From: Burkholderiales bacterium
GTDB taxonomy: Bacteria; Pseudomonadota; Gammaproteobacteria; Burkholderiales; JAEUMW01
DNA length: 62,390 nucleotides
Reading direction: 5' to 3'
Assembly (NCBI GenBank): GCA_039807745.1
Contig: JBDHRV010000003.1
Span: 1-62,390, forward strand
Shown: positions 44,846 to 52,739 of the stretch, piece by piece
Position numbering within the stretch: position 1 is the first letter of the stretch
How the letters are laid out: each line of letters starts with the position of its first letter
Translations under genes and position numbers: made by a program
The notes under the pieces: generated by a model
Seen by the model: the letters and a program-made list of their open reading frames with translations, nothing else
What the model was told of the DNA's origin: nothing
The model's database searches: none

Positions 44846-47178
44846 CCTTCGGCGAAGGGCACGAGGTTGAAGCGGCCGCGCGCGATCGTGCCAGCATTGT
44901 CATCGCCGGGCAGGTCCATCGGGCCATCGCTGCGGCCACCCTCCCCGCCGGTTTCCGCGGCCTGTTCGCGCGCGTTGTTGTCGATGGCGAGCAGGAATTC
45001 GCGGTTGTCCTGCTGAATCTCGTGGCTCAGCGCCTCGCGCTGCAGGATCAGTTCGCGCTTCTTGACCTCGGACTGCTCCATCGCGAGCGCGCGGTCGATC
45101 TCCTCGAGTTGCAGCGTCTTGGCGCGCAGCTGCGCATCGAGCAGCGCGATACGCTCGCGCGTCTCCCCATCCATCGCGGCCTGCTGAAGCCGCGCCTGTG
45201 CCTGGATGTTCGCGACCTCGACGCGCGACTGCGCCTCGAGTTGCCGGCCGGCGAGCAGCTGCTCGAGCTGCGCGACGCGCTGCTGCAGCGCCTCCTTCTC
45301 CGGGTCGCCGCCTTCCTTGCCGGTGTTGTAGAAGCGCGAGCCGTTGCGGAAACCGAGCGCGCCGAACACTTCCTTGACGATCTCGCCACCGTTCACCCCT
45401 GGGGCCTGCTCCGGGGCGAGCTGCGCGACGGTCGTCACGCCCATCGAGATCCGCGCGATGCGCTTCTCCGGGCTCGTCGCGCCCATGCCGACCGAGGTGC
45501 GTACCCGCACTTTCAGCGCGAGCAGGTCGAGCACGCGCTCGAGCGAGAGGCCGGAGCGCACGACGACATCGTTGAGCAGCTGCTCGTCGGTCTCGTACAT
45601 CTGCTCGAGCGCGTAGAGCTGGTTGATGAGCGGCTCGACGAAGGTCTCCGTGAACGTGCGGATCTCGAGCTCCTTGACCTTGTCCGCATCGCCCGAGAGC
45701 AGGTTCATGCCGCCCACGGTCTCATTCAGCTGCCGGTTCGTGCCTACCGAGGCGGCGGAGAAGTTGCCGGCGAGTTCGTCGAATTCGACGTTGACGCGGT
45801 CCGCCTCGGCGAACACCGAGGCCGGCAGGTCCTGCTGCTTCAACTCGCGCAGGTCGCGCGTCACATCCTCGGTCGTGATGACAGAGTTCGCGACACCGTA
45901 CTTCAGCGTCTCGATGTCGATCGAGCCGCCGCGGCGCGCGAGCCAGCGGCCGAGCGTGGCGTTGCGGATACCGTCGATGCGCAGGTTGGCGAGCTCGTTC
46001 AACTCCTTCTGCGTCTCGGCGACCATCATGACCGGCGCGGTCGGGTACGCCTTGTGCGCCTCCACCGCGCAGGTGCCCATCACGAAGGGGCGCGACATGC
46101 CATCTTCGTCGAGGTGCGGATAGACCTCGGAGACCGGCCGCGGGACCGAGAGCATCGCGCGGGTGTCAATCATGTCGTAGACGTAGTCGATGCCCTTCAC
46201 GCGCATGAACACGCGATGTATCCACACGATCTCGAGGTCCGGCGCGCCCTTGCGGGCATCGTAGACGTCGGCCTGGCCGGTCTGGCGCGAGGTACGCACG
46301 GTGTCGTGATCATTGCCGGAGAAGGTCCACCAGCTGGCATCGGTCACGTTCTCGAAGTACCAGAGCCCCTCGTACTCGGCGTTCTTCTCCTCGATCATCG
46401 CCTTCACGTCGCCGACGTACATCGGCATGCGGAAGATCAGGTACGGAGAGGTGTTGATCGGGTCGCGCCAGTCGCAGGCCGGGTCGAGGATCAGGTTCTC
46501 GATCGGCACGAGATCGACGGCCGGGCGGTCGGTGATGACCTCCTCGACCTCCTCGCGCGTGAGGTTGCCATCCTCGTCCTCCACCAGTTGCTCGGTGAGG
46601 CGGGTGCGGTACTTCCAGTGCAGGTGCGCGATCGGGCGGCCCGTGACGTAGGCCTCCTGTGCCGCGCCGATGAGCGTCTGGAACCACGGCAGCGTGCGCT
46701 CGAGGCGGTACTGGATCAGGTACTTCGCGACCTCGGCGGCATCGGCCTGGTCCGGGTTCGCGTCGTCCCATGAGTCGGTGGTGAGCAGGTCCTCGGTCGA
46801 GAAGAACGCGACGGCGGTGGCCGCCTCACCGCGGCGCACGAGGGAGCGCGACTTCGGCCGAAAGACCTGCGAGCGCAGCTTGTAGTACTCGTGGTAGTAC
46901 TTCGAGCCCGGCGCGTGCCTCGACTGGAAGTGCGCATAACCCGCCGCGACCTGCGCGCTGATGCTGGCCTCGAACCAGTCCTTGCCGGTCTGGTGCGCGC
47001 GCTGCGCGAACTCGGTCCACTGGCGGATCGACAGGCCGCCGGCGACCTCGGTGTCCTCGGCGCGCGGCTCGCCGTCGACGCCGTCCTTTTCCTGCTCGGC
47101 CGCCAGTTCATCCGCCGCAAGATCGGCGGCGAGGCGGGCTGGCGAGCCCAGGACGGGGGGTTCAGTCGCCTCGAACAT
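44842..47178 (-). CDS. Portal protein
   Basis: 778 aa with a long C-terminal coiled coil (barrel-like), upstream of scaffold and capsid. Confidence 0.7.
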   Translation of the reverse strand: MFEATEPPVLGSPARLAADLAADELAAEQEKDGVDGEPRAEDTEVAGGLSIRQWTEFAQRAHQTGKDWFEASISAQVAAGYAHFQSRHAPGSKYYHEYYKLRSQVFRPKSRSLVRRGEAATAVAFFSTEDLLTTDSWDDANPDQADAAEVAKYLIQYRLERTLPWFQTLIGAAQEAYVTGRPIAHLHWKYRTRLTEQLVEDEDGNLTREEVEEVITDRPAVDLVPIENLILDPACDWRDPINTSPYLIFRMPMYVGDVKAMIEEKNAEYEGLWYFENVTDASWWTFSGNDHDTVRTSRQTGQADVYDARKGAPDLEIVWIHRVFMRVKGIDYVYDMIDTRAMLSVPRPVSEVYPHLDEDGMSRPFVMGTCAVEAHKAYPTAPVMMVAETQKELNELANLRIDGIRNATLGRWLARRGGSIDIETLKYGVANSVITTEDVTRDLRELKQQDLPASVFAEADRVNVEFDELAGNFSAASVGTNRQLNETVGGMNLLSGDADKVKELEIRTFTETFVEPLINQLYALEQMYETDEQLLNDVVVRSGLSLERVLDLLALKVRVRTSVGMGATSPEKRIARISMGVTTVAQLAPEQAPGVNGGEIVKEVFGALGFRNGSRFYNTGKEGGDPEKEALQQRVAQLEQLLAGRQLEAQSRVEVANIQAQARLQQAAMDGETRERIALLDAQLRAKTLQLEEIDRALAMEQSEVKKRELILQREALSHEIQQDNREFLLAIDNNAREQAAETGGEGGRSDGPMDLPGDDNAGTIARGRFNLVPFAEG

Positions 47179-47677
47179 CGCGAAGCGCGGCTCCGATACT
47201 GGCGTCAGTCAGGATACCGGCGTGCCCGGTCTCGATGCCCTGACGAATCTGCTGCGAGCGGTAGCTCTTGCGCACGCTGCCCGGCAGGTCCGAGACGTCG
47301 GCGCGGTGCTGGCCGAGGTGCAGCGGTGTCCCGCGGTACTGGTCGCGCTGCGACTCGTAGGGTCCAGCGCGAAAGCCGAAGCGCTCGAGCAGTTCGCCCG
47401 CGGCGCGGATCACATGGCGCAGCTGCGGATCGTTCTGCAGGCGCTCGATCTTGAGCGTGTAGCCCCACTTGCCGGACAGGCGCATCGAGAAGATGTTCAC
47501 GATCCGGCCGCGCTCGTCGGGCTGGATGGCCCAGAGCCAGCCGGGATACTCGCGCTCGAGGCGGTCAGCGGCCTCCTTCACGAGCAGGACGAGACTGGCG
47601 TGCGCGACGATCTCGCCAGGCGCAAAGACCGTGCCTTCCGGGTCGCCGTCCGGGTCGCGCGGGTTCGCGGCCCTCAC
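47162..47677 (-). CDS. Hypothetical protein (171 aa)
   Basis: GTG 47677 (GTGA overlap). This is table ORF 47162..48118 trimmed, because its N-terminal 147 aa are Arg-rich and look non-coding. Confidence 0.45.
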   Translation of the reverse strand: MRAANPRDPDGDPEGTVFAPGEIVAHASLVLLVKEAADRLEREYPGWLWAIQPDERGRIVNIFSMRLSGKWGYTLKIERLQNDPQLRHVIRAAGELLERFGFRAGPYESQRDQYRGTPLHLGQHRADVSDLPGSVRKSYRSQQIRQGIETGHAGILTDASIGAALRDVRGD

Positions 47678-47850
47678 TTCGAGCCTGCCTCGTCGAAGAA
47701 CTTGCGGGCCACGGAGCGGCCGGCACCGAACTCGTAGGCGACGTAGCGATTGCGCGTCGCGAAGGCGCGAGGCCCTTCGGCGGCACGCACCATGTCGCGC
47801 CAGGTGGTCTGACGACGCACGGGCGCTTTCGTGGGTTTGACCGTCGGCAT
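47674..47850 (-). CDS. Small basic protein (58 aa), not in the ORF table
   Basis: I translated this by hand as MPTVKPTKAPVRRQTTWRDMVRAAEGPRAFATRNRYVAYEFGAGRSVARKFFDEAGSK. Confidence 0.5.
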   Translation of the reverse strand: MPTVKPTKAPVRRQTTWRDMVRAAEGPRAFATRNRYVAYEFGAGRSVARKFFDEAGSK

Positions 47851-47867
47851 GTCGGCCGATGATGCCG

Positions 47868-47887
47868 TCGGGCATCGCTAGCGCAAG
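47868..47887. repeat. 20-nt exact repeat TCGGGCATCGCTAGCGCAAG, copy 2
   Basis: Identical to 35313-35332. It lies in the 42-nt gap upstream of gene 47674..47850. Confidence 0.9.
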
Positions 47888-47892
47888 TGGCG

Positions 47893-48156
47893 CTACTTCA
47901 GCGCGAACCAGCCGTCCTCGGTGTGCAGTTCGTAGGTCACGATGCCGGGCTCGCTCGTCGTGTAGAGCTGGCGGATGAACGCCGTGCCGCAGTGGTGGCA
48001 CAGCGCGGGAGCGCCGACCTCGCGCTGCTGCCCCGCGCCGAACTCGAACCAGCGCGGGTCGATGCCCGGCGGCTGGCGGATGATGTCGTAGCGCAGGCGC
48101 GCGATCGTCGCGCGGCACCGCGGGTTTGAGCAGGTCAGGCGCGTCCCCGCCGGCAT
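47893..48156 (-). CDS. Zinc-ribbon-like protein (87 aa)
   Basis: CSNPRC...CHHC. ATG 48156 was chosen because it lies downstream of the terS stop. Confidence 0.45.
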   Translation of the reverse strand: MPAGTRLTCSNPRCRATIARLRYDIIRQPPGIDPRWFEFGAGQQREVGAPALCHHCGTAFIRQLYTTSEPGIVTYELHTEDGWFALK

Positions 48157-48169
48157 CAGCGGACGCGGA

Positions 48170-49012
48170 TCAGGCTTTGCGAGCAACGGCGGCCTCCGGT
48201 TCAACGGCGGGGATCAGTGGCACGACCTCGGTGCTCGTGGTGACGAGCTTGCCGTCGACGATGCGGAACTTCGAGACGTTCTGCGGGGGCGCGAGGCGCT
48301 TGGCGAGCTCGAGTTGCTGGCCCTTCGCGCGCGCCTGGCGCTCGCGCAGCTCCTCGGCGAGGCAGCCAGTGCCCTTGCCGTCCTCGTTCGCGCGCCGTGC
48401 CTCGTGGTAGACCTCGATCAGCTTCGTCAGCGCATCCTGGGCGCGCTGGCGGTCAACCATGTCGATCTTCGTGATCTGCCCATCGCGGATCGTCACCGAG
48501 CGGATGCTGACGGCCTTCGCCCGGTCCTCGCGTGCCGCATCGAGGTTGAAGCGGTAGCCGCTGACGTACTCGACGCCGTCCTTCGTGACGACCGGGATGT
48601 TGTCGGCGTGCTCGAGGAAGTCGACCGGGGTGGTGTCGATGTCGGCCTTGTACTGCGCGATGAGATCACGCAGTTCCTCGGTGGCGCCGCGCACGAGCGC
48701 GCCGATCAGTTCTTCGACGCGCGCGCGCACCTGGGGGCGCGCCAGCAGTTCGCTCGCCTTCACGGCGGCCACAGCCCGGTTCACGTTCGGGTTGATGCGC
48801 TGGTACGCCTGCGCGCCGTTCATGCCAGACACGACGTAGTAGGCGGCGAACGTCTCCTCGAGGATTTTGCTGCGGTACCTGACCTGCTCGCCTATCTTGG
48901 GCAGGTTGGCGTGCGGCTTGCCTGCCTTCTTCTTCGCCCTGCCCTTTCGTTTCGGCTTCGGCTTCGGATCGGCCGCGGGCCCGGGATCAGGGGTTTCTAC
49001 CTCGCCGGCCAC
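48170..49012 (-). CDS. terS: Terminase small subunit candidate
   Basis: EETFAAYYVVSGMNGAQAYQRINPNVNRAVAAVKASELLARPQVRARVEEL resembles the terminase small-subunit HTH region. The N-terminus is basic. Confidence 0.6.
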   Translation of the reverse strand: MAGEVETPDPGPAADPKPKPKRKGRAKKKAGKPHANLPKIGEQVRYRSKILEETFAAYYVVSGMNGAQAYQRINPNVNRAVAAVKASELLARPQVRARVEELIGALVRGATEELRDLIAQYKADIDTTPVDFLEHADNIPVVTKDGVEYVSGYRFNLDAAREDRAKAVSIRSVTIRDGQITKIDMVDRQRAQDALTKLIEVYHEARRANEDGKGTGCLAEELRERQARAKGQQLELAKRLAPPQNVSKFRIVDGKLVTTSTEVVPLIPAVEPEAAVARKA

Positions 49013-49407
49013 AACTGGATCTCCACGCCGTATCTGGCGAGCACCTGCTTACGCTTGTTCCGTGAGACCTGCAAATCCTTGCCCTTGGCATCCTCGACGA
49101 TGACTTCGCCGTCGTTGCGCCGGTAGAGGAAGTCGGCACGGTACGTGACACCGCCCTCGAGGATGAACACCGGCTGCACGCACAGCCAGAGGATCTCGCC
49201 CGCGAGCATCAGCAACTTGAGCTCGCCGTAGCGGCGCGCCTCGAGCTTGGAGTCGAACAGGTAGCCATCGACCATCGTGCGCTTCGCGCTGTACTTGCCT
49301 GCCGGCGGTGGCACAAAGAGCCCGGCGGTGGCCGGAACCGTGGCCTCCATGCGCTGCTTGGCGGCGTCCACGTCCTTGCGACGCCATCGCGGGCGCACGA
49401 CTCTCAT
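48997..49407 (-). CDS. DUF1064-family protein (PD-(D/E)XK-like nuclease)
   Basis: KYSAKRTMVDGYLFDSKLEARRYGELKLL...YRADFLY...VIVEDAKG matches my memory of DUF1064. Confidence 0.7.
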   Translation of the reverse strand: MRVVRPRWRRKDVDAAKQRMEATVPATAGLFVPPPAGKYSAKRTMVDGYLFDSKLEARRYGELKLLMLAGEILWLCVQPVFILEGGVTYRADFLYRRNDGEVIVEDAKGKDLQVSRNKRKQVLARYGVEIQLWPAR

Positions 49408-49694
49408 TGCCCTTCCTCGAGACGGTGGATCAGGTTCGCCGCATGCAGGATGCGCAGCGCCGCCGCGTGCCGGCGGATCACTTCCTCGCGCTGGCGCATC
49501 AGGATTTCCTTCTCCGCCACGAGCCGCTCGACGTGCTCGAGCATCTGGCGGCAGATGCGCTGCGCCTGCTCACCATCCGCGATCGCTGCGGTCATCGTCT
49601 CGTTGAGCAGCCCGGCACGGCGGCTGAGCAGCTTTTCCAGCCGCGCGACGCGCTGCGTGAGCGTGAGTTTCTTCCTCGGCTTCTTCGTGCTCAT
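49404..49694 (-). CDS. Coiled-coil protein (96 aa)
   Basis: Table ORF with ATGA overlaps. Confidence 0.5.
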   Translation of the reverse strand: MSTKKPRKKLTLTQRVARLEKLLSRRAGLLNETMTAAIADGEQAQRICRQMLEHVERLVAEKEILMRQREEVIRRHAAALRILHAANLIHRLEEGQ

Positions 49695-50092
49695 GGCGAT
49701 GACGCCTCCTGACGGGTAGATTGCCGCTGCGCCATGCGCTCGCGGCGTGCGGCGATGGCCTCGGGCCGGTCGCTCGGGAACGGTGGCAGTCCCCGGGCCT
49801 TGCGCCAGGCCCGATACACGCGCTGCATCACGCGCCGAGACTCGCGGCCGCGCGCGGTCTTGAGGTAGCGCTGGAGGTATTCGCGCTTGTAGGCACGCCT
49901 CTCGGGCTGCGCCTCACGCTCCCGATCCTTCTCCCGGCGCGTCTCGAGGGTCGTCTGCCGCCACTGCGCCACCTGCGCGCGCCGGCACAGCTTGCACATC
50001 GACGCATGGCGGCCGTGCCGCTCGATGTAGAAGCCCTTGAGCGCCTTCACCGCGCCGCAGACCCTGCAGCACTTCTTCGTGTGCACCGTCAT
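49691..50092 (-). CDS. Zinc-finger, Arg-rich protein (133 aa)
   Basis: KKCCRVCGAVKALKGFY...CKLCRR, followed by basic repeats. Confidence 0.5.
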   Translation of the reverse strand: MTVHTKKCCRVCGAVKALKGFYIERHGRHASMCKLCRRAQVAQWRQTTLETRREKDREREAQPERRAYKREYLQRYLKTARGRESRRVMQRVYRAWRKARGLPPFPSDRPEAIAARRERMAQRQSTRQEASSP

Positions 50093-50367
50093 GGCGCTGC
50101 CACCTGAGCCATATTCGGCTCACCGAACTGACGCGAGAGGCTGCGCGCGTGCCGCGTGCACGCCGCGCGCACTGTGCGCAGCTGCGTCGAGGCCTCGAGG
50201 AGCTCGGCGCTGCGGCGCCGCGCCGGGCCGAGTTGCGGGTCCGGCAGGTACCAGGCCATGTAGAGCTTGCGGCCCGGGTTGGGCTCGGTGCGCAGCACGC
50301 TGTAGGTGCGCTCCCCGTCGGTGCCCTCCTCGCGGTCGATCGCGACGCGCTTCCACTCGAGCGTCAT
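50089..50367 (-). CDS. Hypothetical protein (92 aa)
   Basis: ATG 50367 (ATGA overlap) within table ORF 50089..50409. Confidence 0.45.
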   Translation of the reverse strand: MTLEWKRVAIDREEGTDGERTYSVLRTEPNPGRKLYMAWYLPDPQLGPARRRSAELLEASTQLRTVRAACTRHARSLSRQFGEPNMAQVAAP

Positions 50368-50540
50368 GACAGCAGCCTCCACCACAGCCACAGGCACAAC
50401 GAGACCCATGCGACCATGATCGTAGCCATGATCCAGGCCTGCCAGACCGGGATCGGTGGCGGGCGCCGCGGCGGCATGAGGTGCACGCGACCGAAACGAT
50501 GTCGTGTGGCGATGCGCCGGTATCCGGGCTGAGTGTTCAT
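50364..50540 (-). CDS. Small protein with C-terminal TM segment (58 aa)
   Basis: ATG 50540 within table ORF 50364..50903. It ends in WIMATIMVAWVSLCLWLWWRLL. Confidence 0.4.
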   Translation of the reverse strand: MNTQPGYRRIATRHRFGRVHLMPPRRPPPIPVWQAWIMATIMVAWVSLCLWLWWRLLS

Positions 50541-50544
50541 GTCA

Positions 50545-51681
50545 TTACTTCCTCTTACCGCCCTGCGCTGAGAACAACGCAGAGAGCTTCTGAGCCGTTT
50601 TCGTCTCACCCGGCCTGCGGGTCGGATTTTTCCCGATCGCGGCGCCTGCGCCGCCAGCGTTCGATTCCGGGGCCGTTTCAGCAGCATCCGTGAACGCACG
50701 GCAGAACTCGGCCTTGAGGCGAGCTTCCTCGCCGACGCGGCGCAGCTTCCATCGGGACCAGCCGCCGAACTGCGCGAGGGCGCGCTCGGTGCGAGTGTCG
50801 CGCTGTGCGCCGTCGGTGGCCACGAGCGCATCGAACGCGGCGCGTGCCGCGGGGTCGTCCTCGGGCTTGCCGGCCGGGGCTTGCGGGATCGGGAACGGCC
50901 CACGCCACATGCCGGTGCCGTTGAAGAACTTCGAGGGCTTCGTGATGAAGCGGGTTCGCTCGTTGCCCATCGCCTGCTGCTGCAGGCAGTAGGCGGCGGA
51001 GCCGGCGACGAGGTCGTCGGTCGCCACTCCCTCCTCGACGCGGGCGTAAAACTCGCGCTCGGCGAGCAGCCACTCGGAGTCGGTGAACGTGCCGGCGGGG
51101 TAGCTGGCCTTGGCGCGCAGGAAGGCGGCGCGGCTGCGGTCGGTTTCCCGTGGAACAGTTCCGGGCGTTACGCGGCTCGCGCGCGCGTTCTTCACTCTGG
51201 TCTGGTCTGGTCTGGTCTGGTCTGGTCTGGCATCGTTATGTGATGCGTCACGCTCCGTTACGTCATGCGTTACGTTGCGCTGCTTCTGCCTCCATCGGTA
51301 TGCTGCCTGGCGCTTGGCGTTGCCCTTCCTGAGACTGGCGGAGCTACCGTTATGGTCGAGAAAATCAGGCAATTTTACGTGTTCCGCGTCGATGACCTGA
51401 AGCCAATCAGTGGGGAGTGCTGCGGCGAAGCCGTGGATGCCGACGACCTCGTCTATCTCGTCGAGCGTGGCATCGAGGATGTCGTTTTCATCGAGATGGG
51501 TGTCCGCGTACGACCACAACTTGAACAGTCCGCCGAGCACCATGTTCTCGATGTGGGCGTGACTGATTTCAACGCCGCCCGTTACGGATACGCCGCGTAA
51601 CACGTTACGTAACGCTCTCACCACGCGCTTGAACCGGAGCGATTCGACGAGCGCCTTCTCGAGCTTGATCCAGCCGCTCAT
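50545..51681 (-). CDS. Replication organiser/initiator candidate (O/DnaD-like N-terminus)
   Basis: N-terminal W.KL....L...F...V....G.FKLWSYA...WL pattern, early-right position after the cro-like gene, and an internal iteron field. Confidence 0.45.
   Translation of the reverse strand: MSGWIKLEKALVESLRFKRVVRALRNVLRGVSVTGGVEISHAHIENMVLGGLFKLWSYADTHLDENDILDATLDEIDEVVGIHGFAAALPTDWLQVIDAEHVKLPDFLDHNGSSASLRKGNAKRQAAYRWRQKQRNVTHDVTERDASHNDARPDQTRPDQTRVKNARASRVTPGTVPRETDRSRAAFLRAKASYPAGTFTDSEWLLAEREFYARVEEGVATDDLVAGSAAYCLQQQAMGNERTRFITKPSKFFNGTGMWRGPFPIPQAPAGKPEDDPAARAAFDALVATDGAQRDTRTERALAQFGGWSRWKLRRVGEEARLKAEFCRAFTDAAETAPESNAGGAGAAIGKNPTRRPGETKTAQKLSALFSAQGGKRK
51166..51614. promoter_or_regulatory. 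ori-like repeat field inside the replication gene
   Basis: CGTTACG / CGTAACG heptamers at 51166, 51256, 51268, 51580, 51603 and 51608, plus CGTAAC at 51596. CGTTATG variants at 51234 and 51348. The palindrome CGTTACGTAACG lies at 51603-51614. There is an AT-richer patch at ~51355-51385. Confidence 0.5.
51196..51230. repeat. Pentanucleotide tandem repeat (TCTGG)x7 inside a coding region
   Basis: Seven perfect units. They encode RPDQTRPDQTR on the minus strand. Confidence 0.95.
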
Positions 51682-51845
51682 GCGCGCGGCTCCGTGTTGG
51701 CCATGCGCTGCGCGTCACGCTCCCTGATCGCGCGCTCGTATCGCTCGCGCCAGCGAGCCTTGCTCTGCGGTGTGCTCGCCACGACCATCCAATGCCAGAG
51801 CCGGTCGATCTCGAGATCCGTGGCGGTGCGCTCGGGCAGCTTCAC
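51678..51845 (-). CDS. Small protein (55 aa)
   Basis: GTG 51845 (GTGA overlap) within table ORF 51678..51890. Confidence 0.4.
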   Translation of the reverse strand: MKLPERTATDLEIDRLWHWMVVASTPQSKARWRERYERAIRERDAQRMANTEPRA

Positions 51846-52051
51846 GAACGGCGCTCGAGGCGATACTGCGCGACGCGGCTGTCCCCACACCGGATGAGCT
51901 TCGAGGTGATCGGGTGCCCCTGGCGCTTCAGGTCATGCACGCGCGCCCCGAGGCGGAAGGCACCGAAGCGGCGCAGGGCTTCGAGGGGCGTGAGCGTTCG
52001 GCCGCGAGCGAGGTAGTCGATGATGCGGGCGTTCTGGCTGCGCTTCCTCAT
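51842..52051 (-). CDS. Winged-helix/HTH DNA-binding protein (69 aa)
   Basis: MRKRSQNARIIDYLARGRTLTPLEALRRFGAFRLGARVHDLKRQGHPI resembles an HTH_39-like pattern. Confidence 0.6.
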   Translation of the reverse strand: MRKRSQNARIIDYLARGRTLTPLEALRRFGAFRLGARVHDLKRQGHPITSKLIRCGDSRVAQYRLERRS

Positions 52052-52227
52052 GGGGCTCTCCCGGCGGCGGCCTCGGCGGCGCGCACGGCTGAATCGAAGT
52101 AGCGACGGATCGAGGCCTCGGCGGCCGCCCCCTCGAGCACGAGGTAGGCGTCCAGTTCGATGACTTCGCCGAGTGGGACCGCCGCGCTCGCGCGGCGCTC
52201 CTGGAACTCGAAGTAGGACGGGCTCAT
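52048..52227 (-). CDS. Small protein (59 aa), not in the ORF table
   Basis: I translated this by hand as MSPSYFEFQERRASAAVPLGEVIELDAYLVLEG... It has ATGA overlaps at both ends. Confidence 0.45.
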   Translation of the reverse strand: MSPSYFEFQERRASAAVPLGEVIELDAYLVLEGAAAEASIRRYFDSAVRAAEAAAGRAP

Positions 52228-52463
52228 TTGCGGCGTCCCCCGCTGTCCCTGCTGTGGGCCTGAGTGGCCCCTGCATGGGCCTCGTCGGTGGCCAGCGCGA
52301 CCAGTACGGTGGCGGCATGGATGTATTTCGCTGCCAGTTCATCGAGCGCATCACGCGCGATTTCCTGCTGCGAGCGGCCGCTGCTGTGCGCCGCGGCCTG
52401 CAGCCAGGCGCGTGTCCGCTTCGTGATTTTCAGCCGCTTCAGGTCCGCGAGATCCACGCTCAC
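52224..52463 (-). CDS. Early regulatory protein candidate (79 aa)
   Basis: Second gene of the rightward early operon. It contains the HTH-like segment RSQQEIARDALDELA. Confidence 0.45.
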   Translation of the reverse strand: MSVDLADLKRLKITKRTRAWLQAAAHSSGRSQQEIARDALDELAAKYIHAATVLVALATDEAHAGATQAHSRDSGGRRK

Positions 52464-52663
52464 GGCCGCGCGCCCTGGGTGTCGGCCTGCAGGGAGCGGA
52501 TCAGGTCGTAGTGCTCGACCATGATCGCCTTGGGCAGTCCACGATGTTTCCAGTTGTTGATCCGCTGTTGCAGACCGGGCCGCACTTCGAGCCCGAGAAG
52601 GTCCGCAAACGCTAGATCACCGCCCGCAGCCTCAATCAGCTGCACCGTCTTTTCAGGTGTCAT
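52460..52663 (-). CDS. cro: Cro-like (YdaS/Cro family) regulator
   Basis: 67 aa, first gene after the PR-like promoter. Pattern AAGGDLAFADLLGLE...INNWKHRGLPKA. Confidence 0.65.
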   Translation of the reverse strand: MTPEKTVQLIEAAGGDLAFADLLGLEVRPGLQQRINNWKHRGLPKAIMVEHYDLIRSLQADTQGARP

Positions 52664-52673
52664 GGGAGGGAGA

Positions 52674-52701
52674 ATTAAACACTATGTTTAATTCATGTCA
52701 A
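52674..52701 (-). promoter_or_regulatory. PR-like sigma70 promoter
   Basis: Minus strand reads TTGACA (52696-52701), a 16-nt spacer, then TTTAAT (52674-52679). The -10 element ends about 10 nt before ATG 52663, which implies a near-leaderless mRNA. Confidence 0.6.
52675..52691. promoter_or_regulatory. Operator OR1-like palindrome TTAAACA-CTA-TGTTTAA
   Basis: Perfect 7+7 inverted repeat that overlaps the PR-like -10 and spacer. Confidence 0.7.
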
Positions 52702-52712
52702 ACGCATTGTTG
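52700..52712. promoter_or_regulatory. Operator OR2-like imperfect site AAACG-CAT-TGTTG
   Basis: Two mismatches to AAACA-N3-TGTTT. Its centre is 23 bp from OR1 and 24 bp from OR3. Confidence 0.4.
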
Positions 52713-52720
52713 CGTGCACC

Positions 52721-52739
52721 CCTAAACAGATTGTTTAGG
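52721..52739. promoter_or_regulatory. Operator OR3-like palindrome CCTAAACA-GAT-TGTTTAGG
   Basis: Perfect 8+8 inverted repeat ending 9 nt before the repressor ATG 52748. Confidence 0.7.

Noticed and set aside
44833-46773. Plus-strand 646-aa ORF opposite the portal gene
   Set aside because: Shadow ORF with Arg/Leu/His-rich composition. The portal frame on the minus strand is far more convincing.
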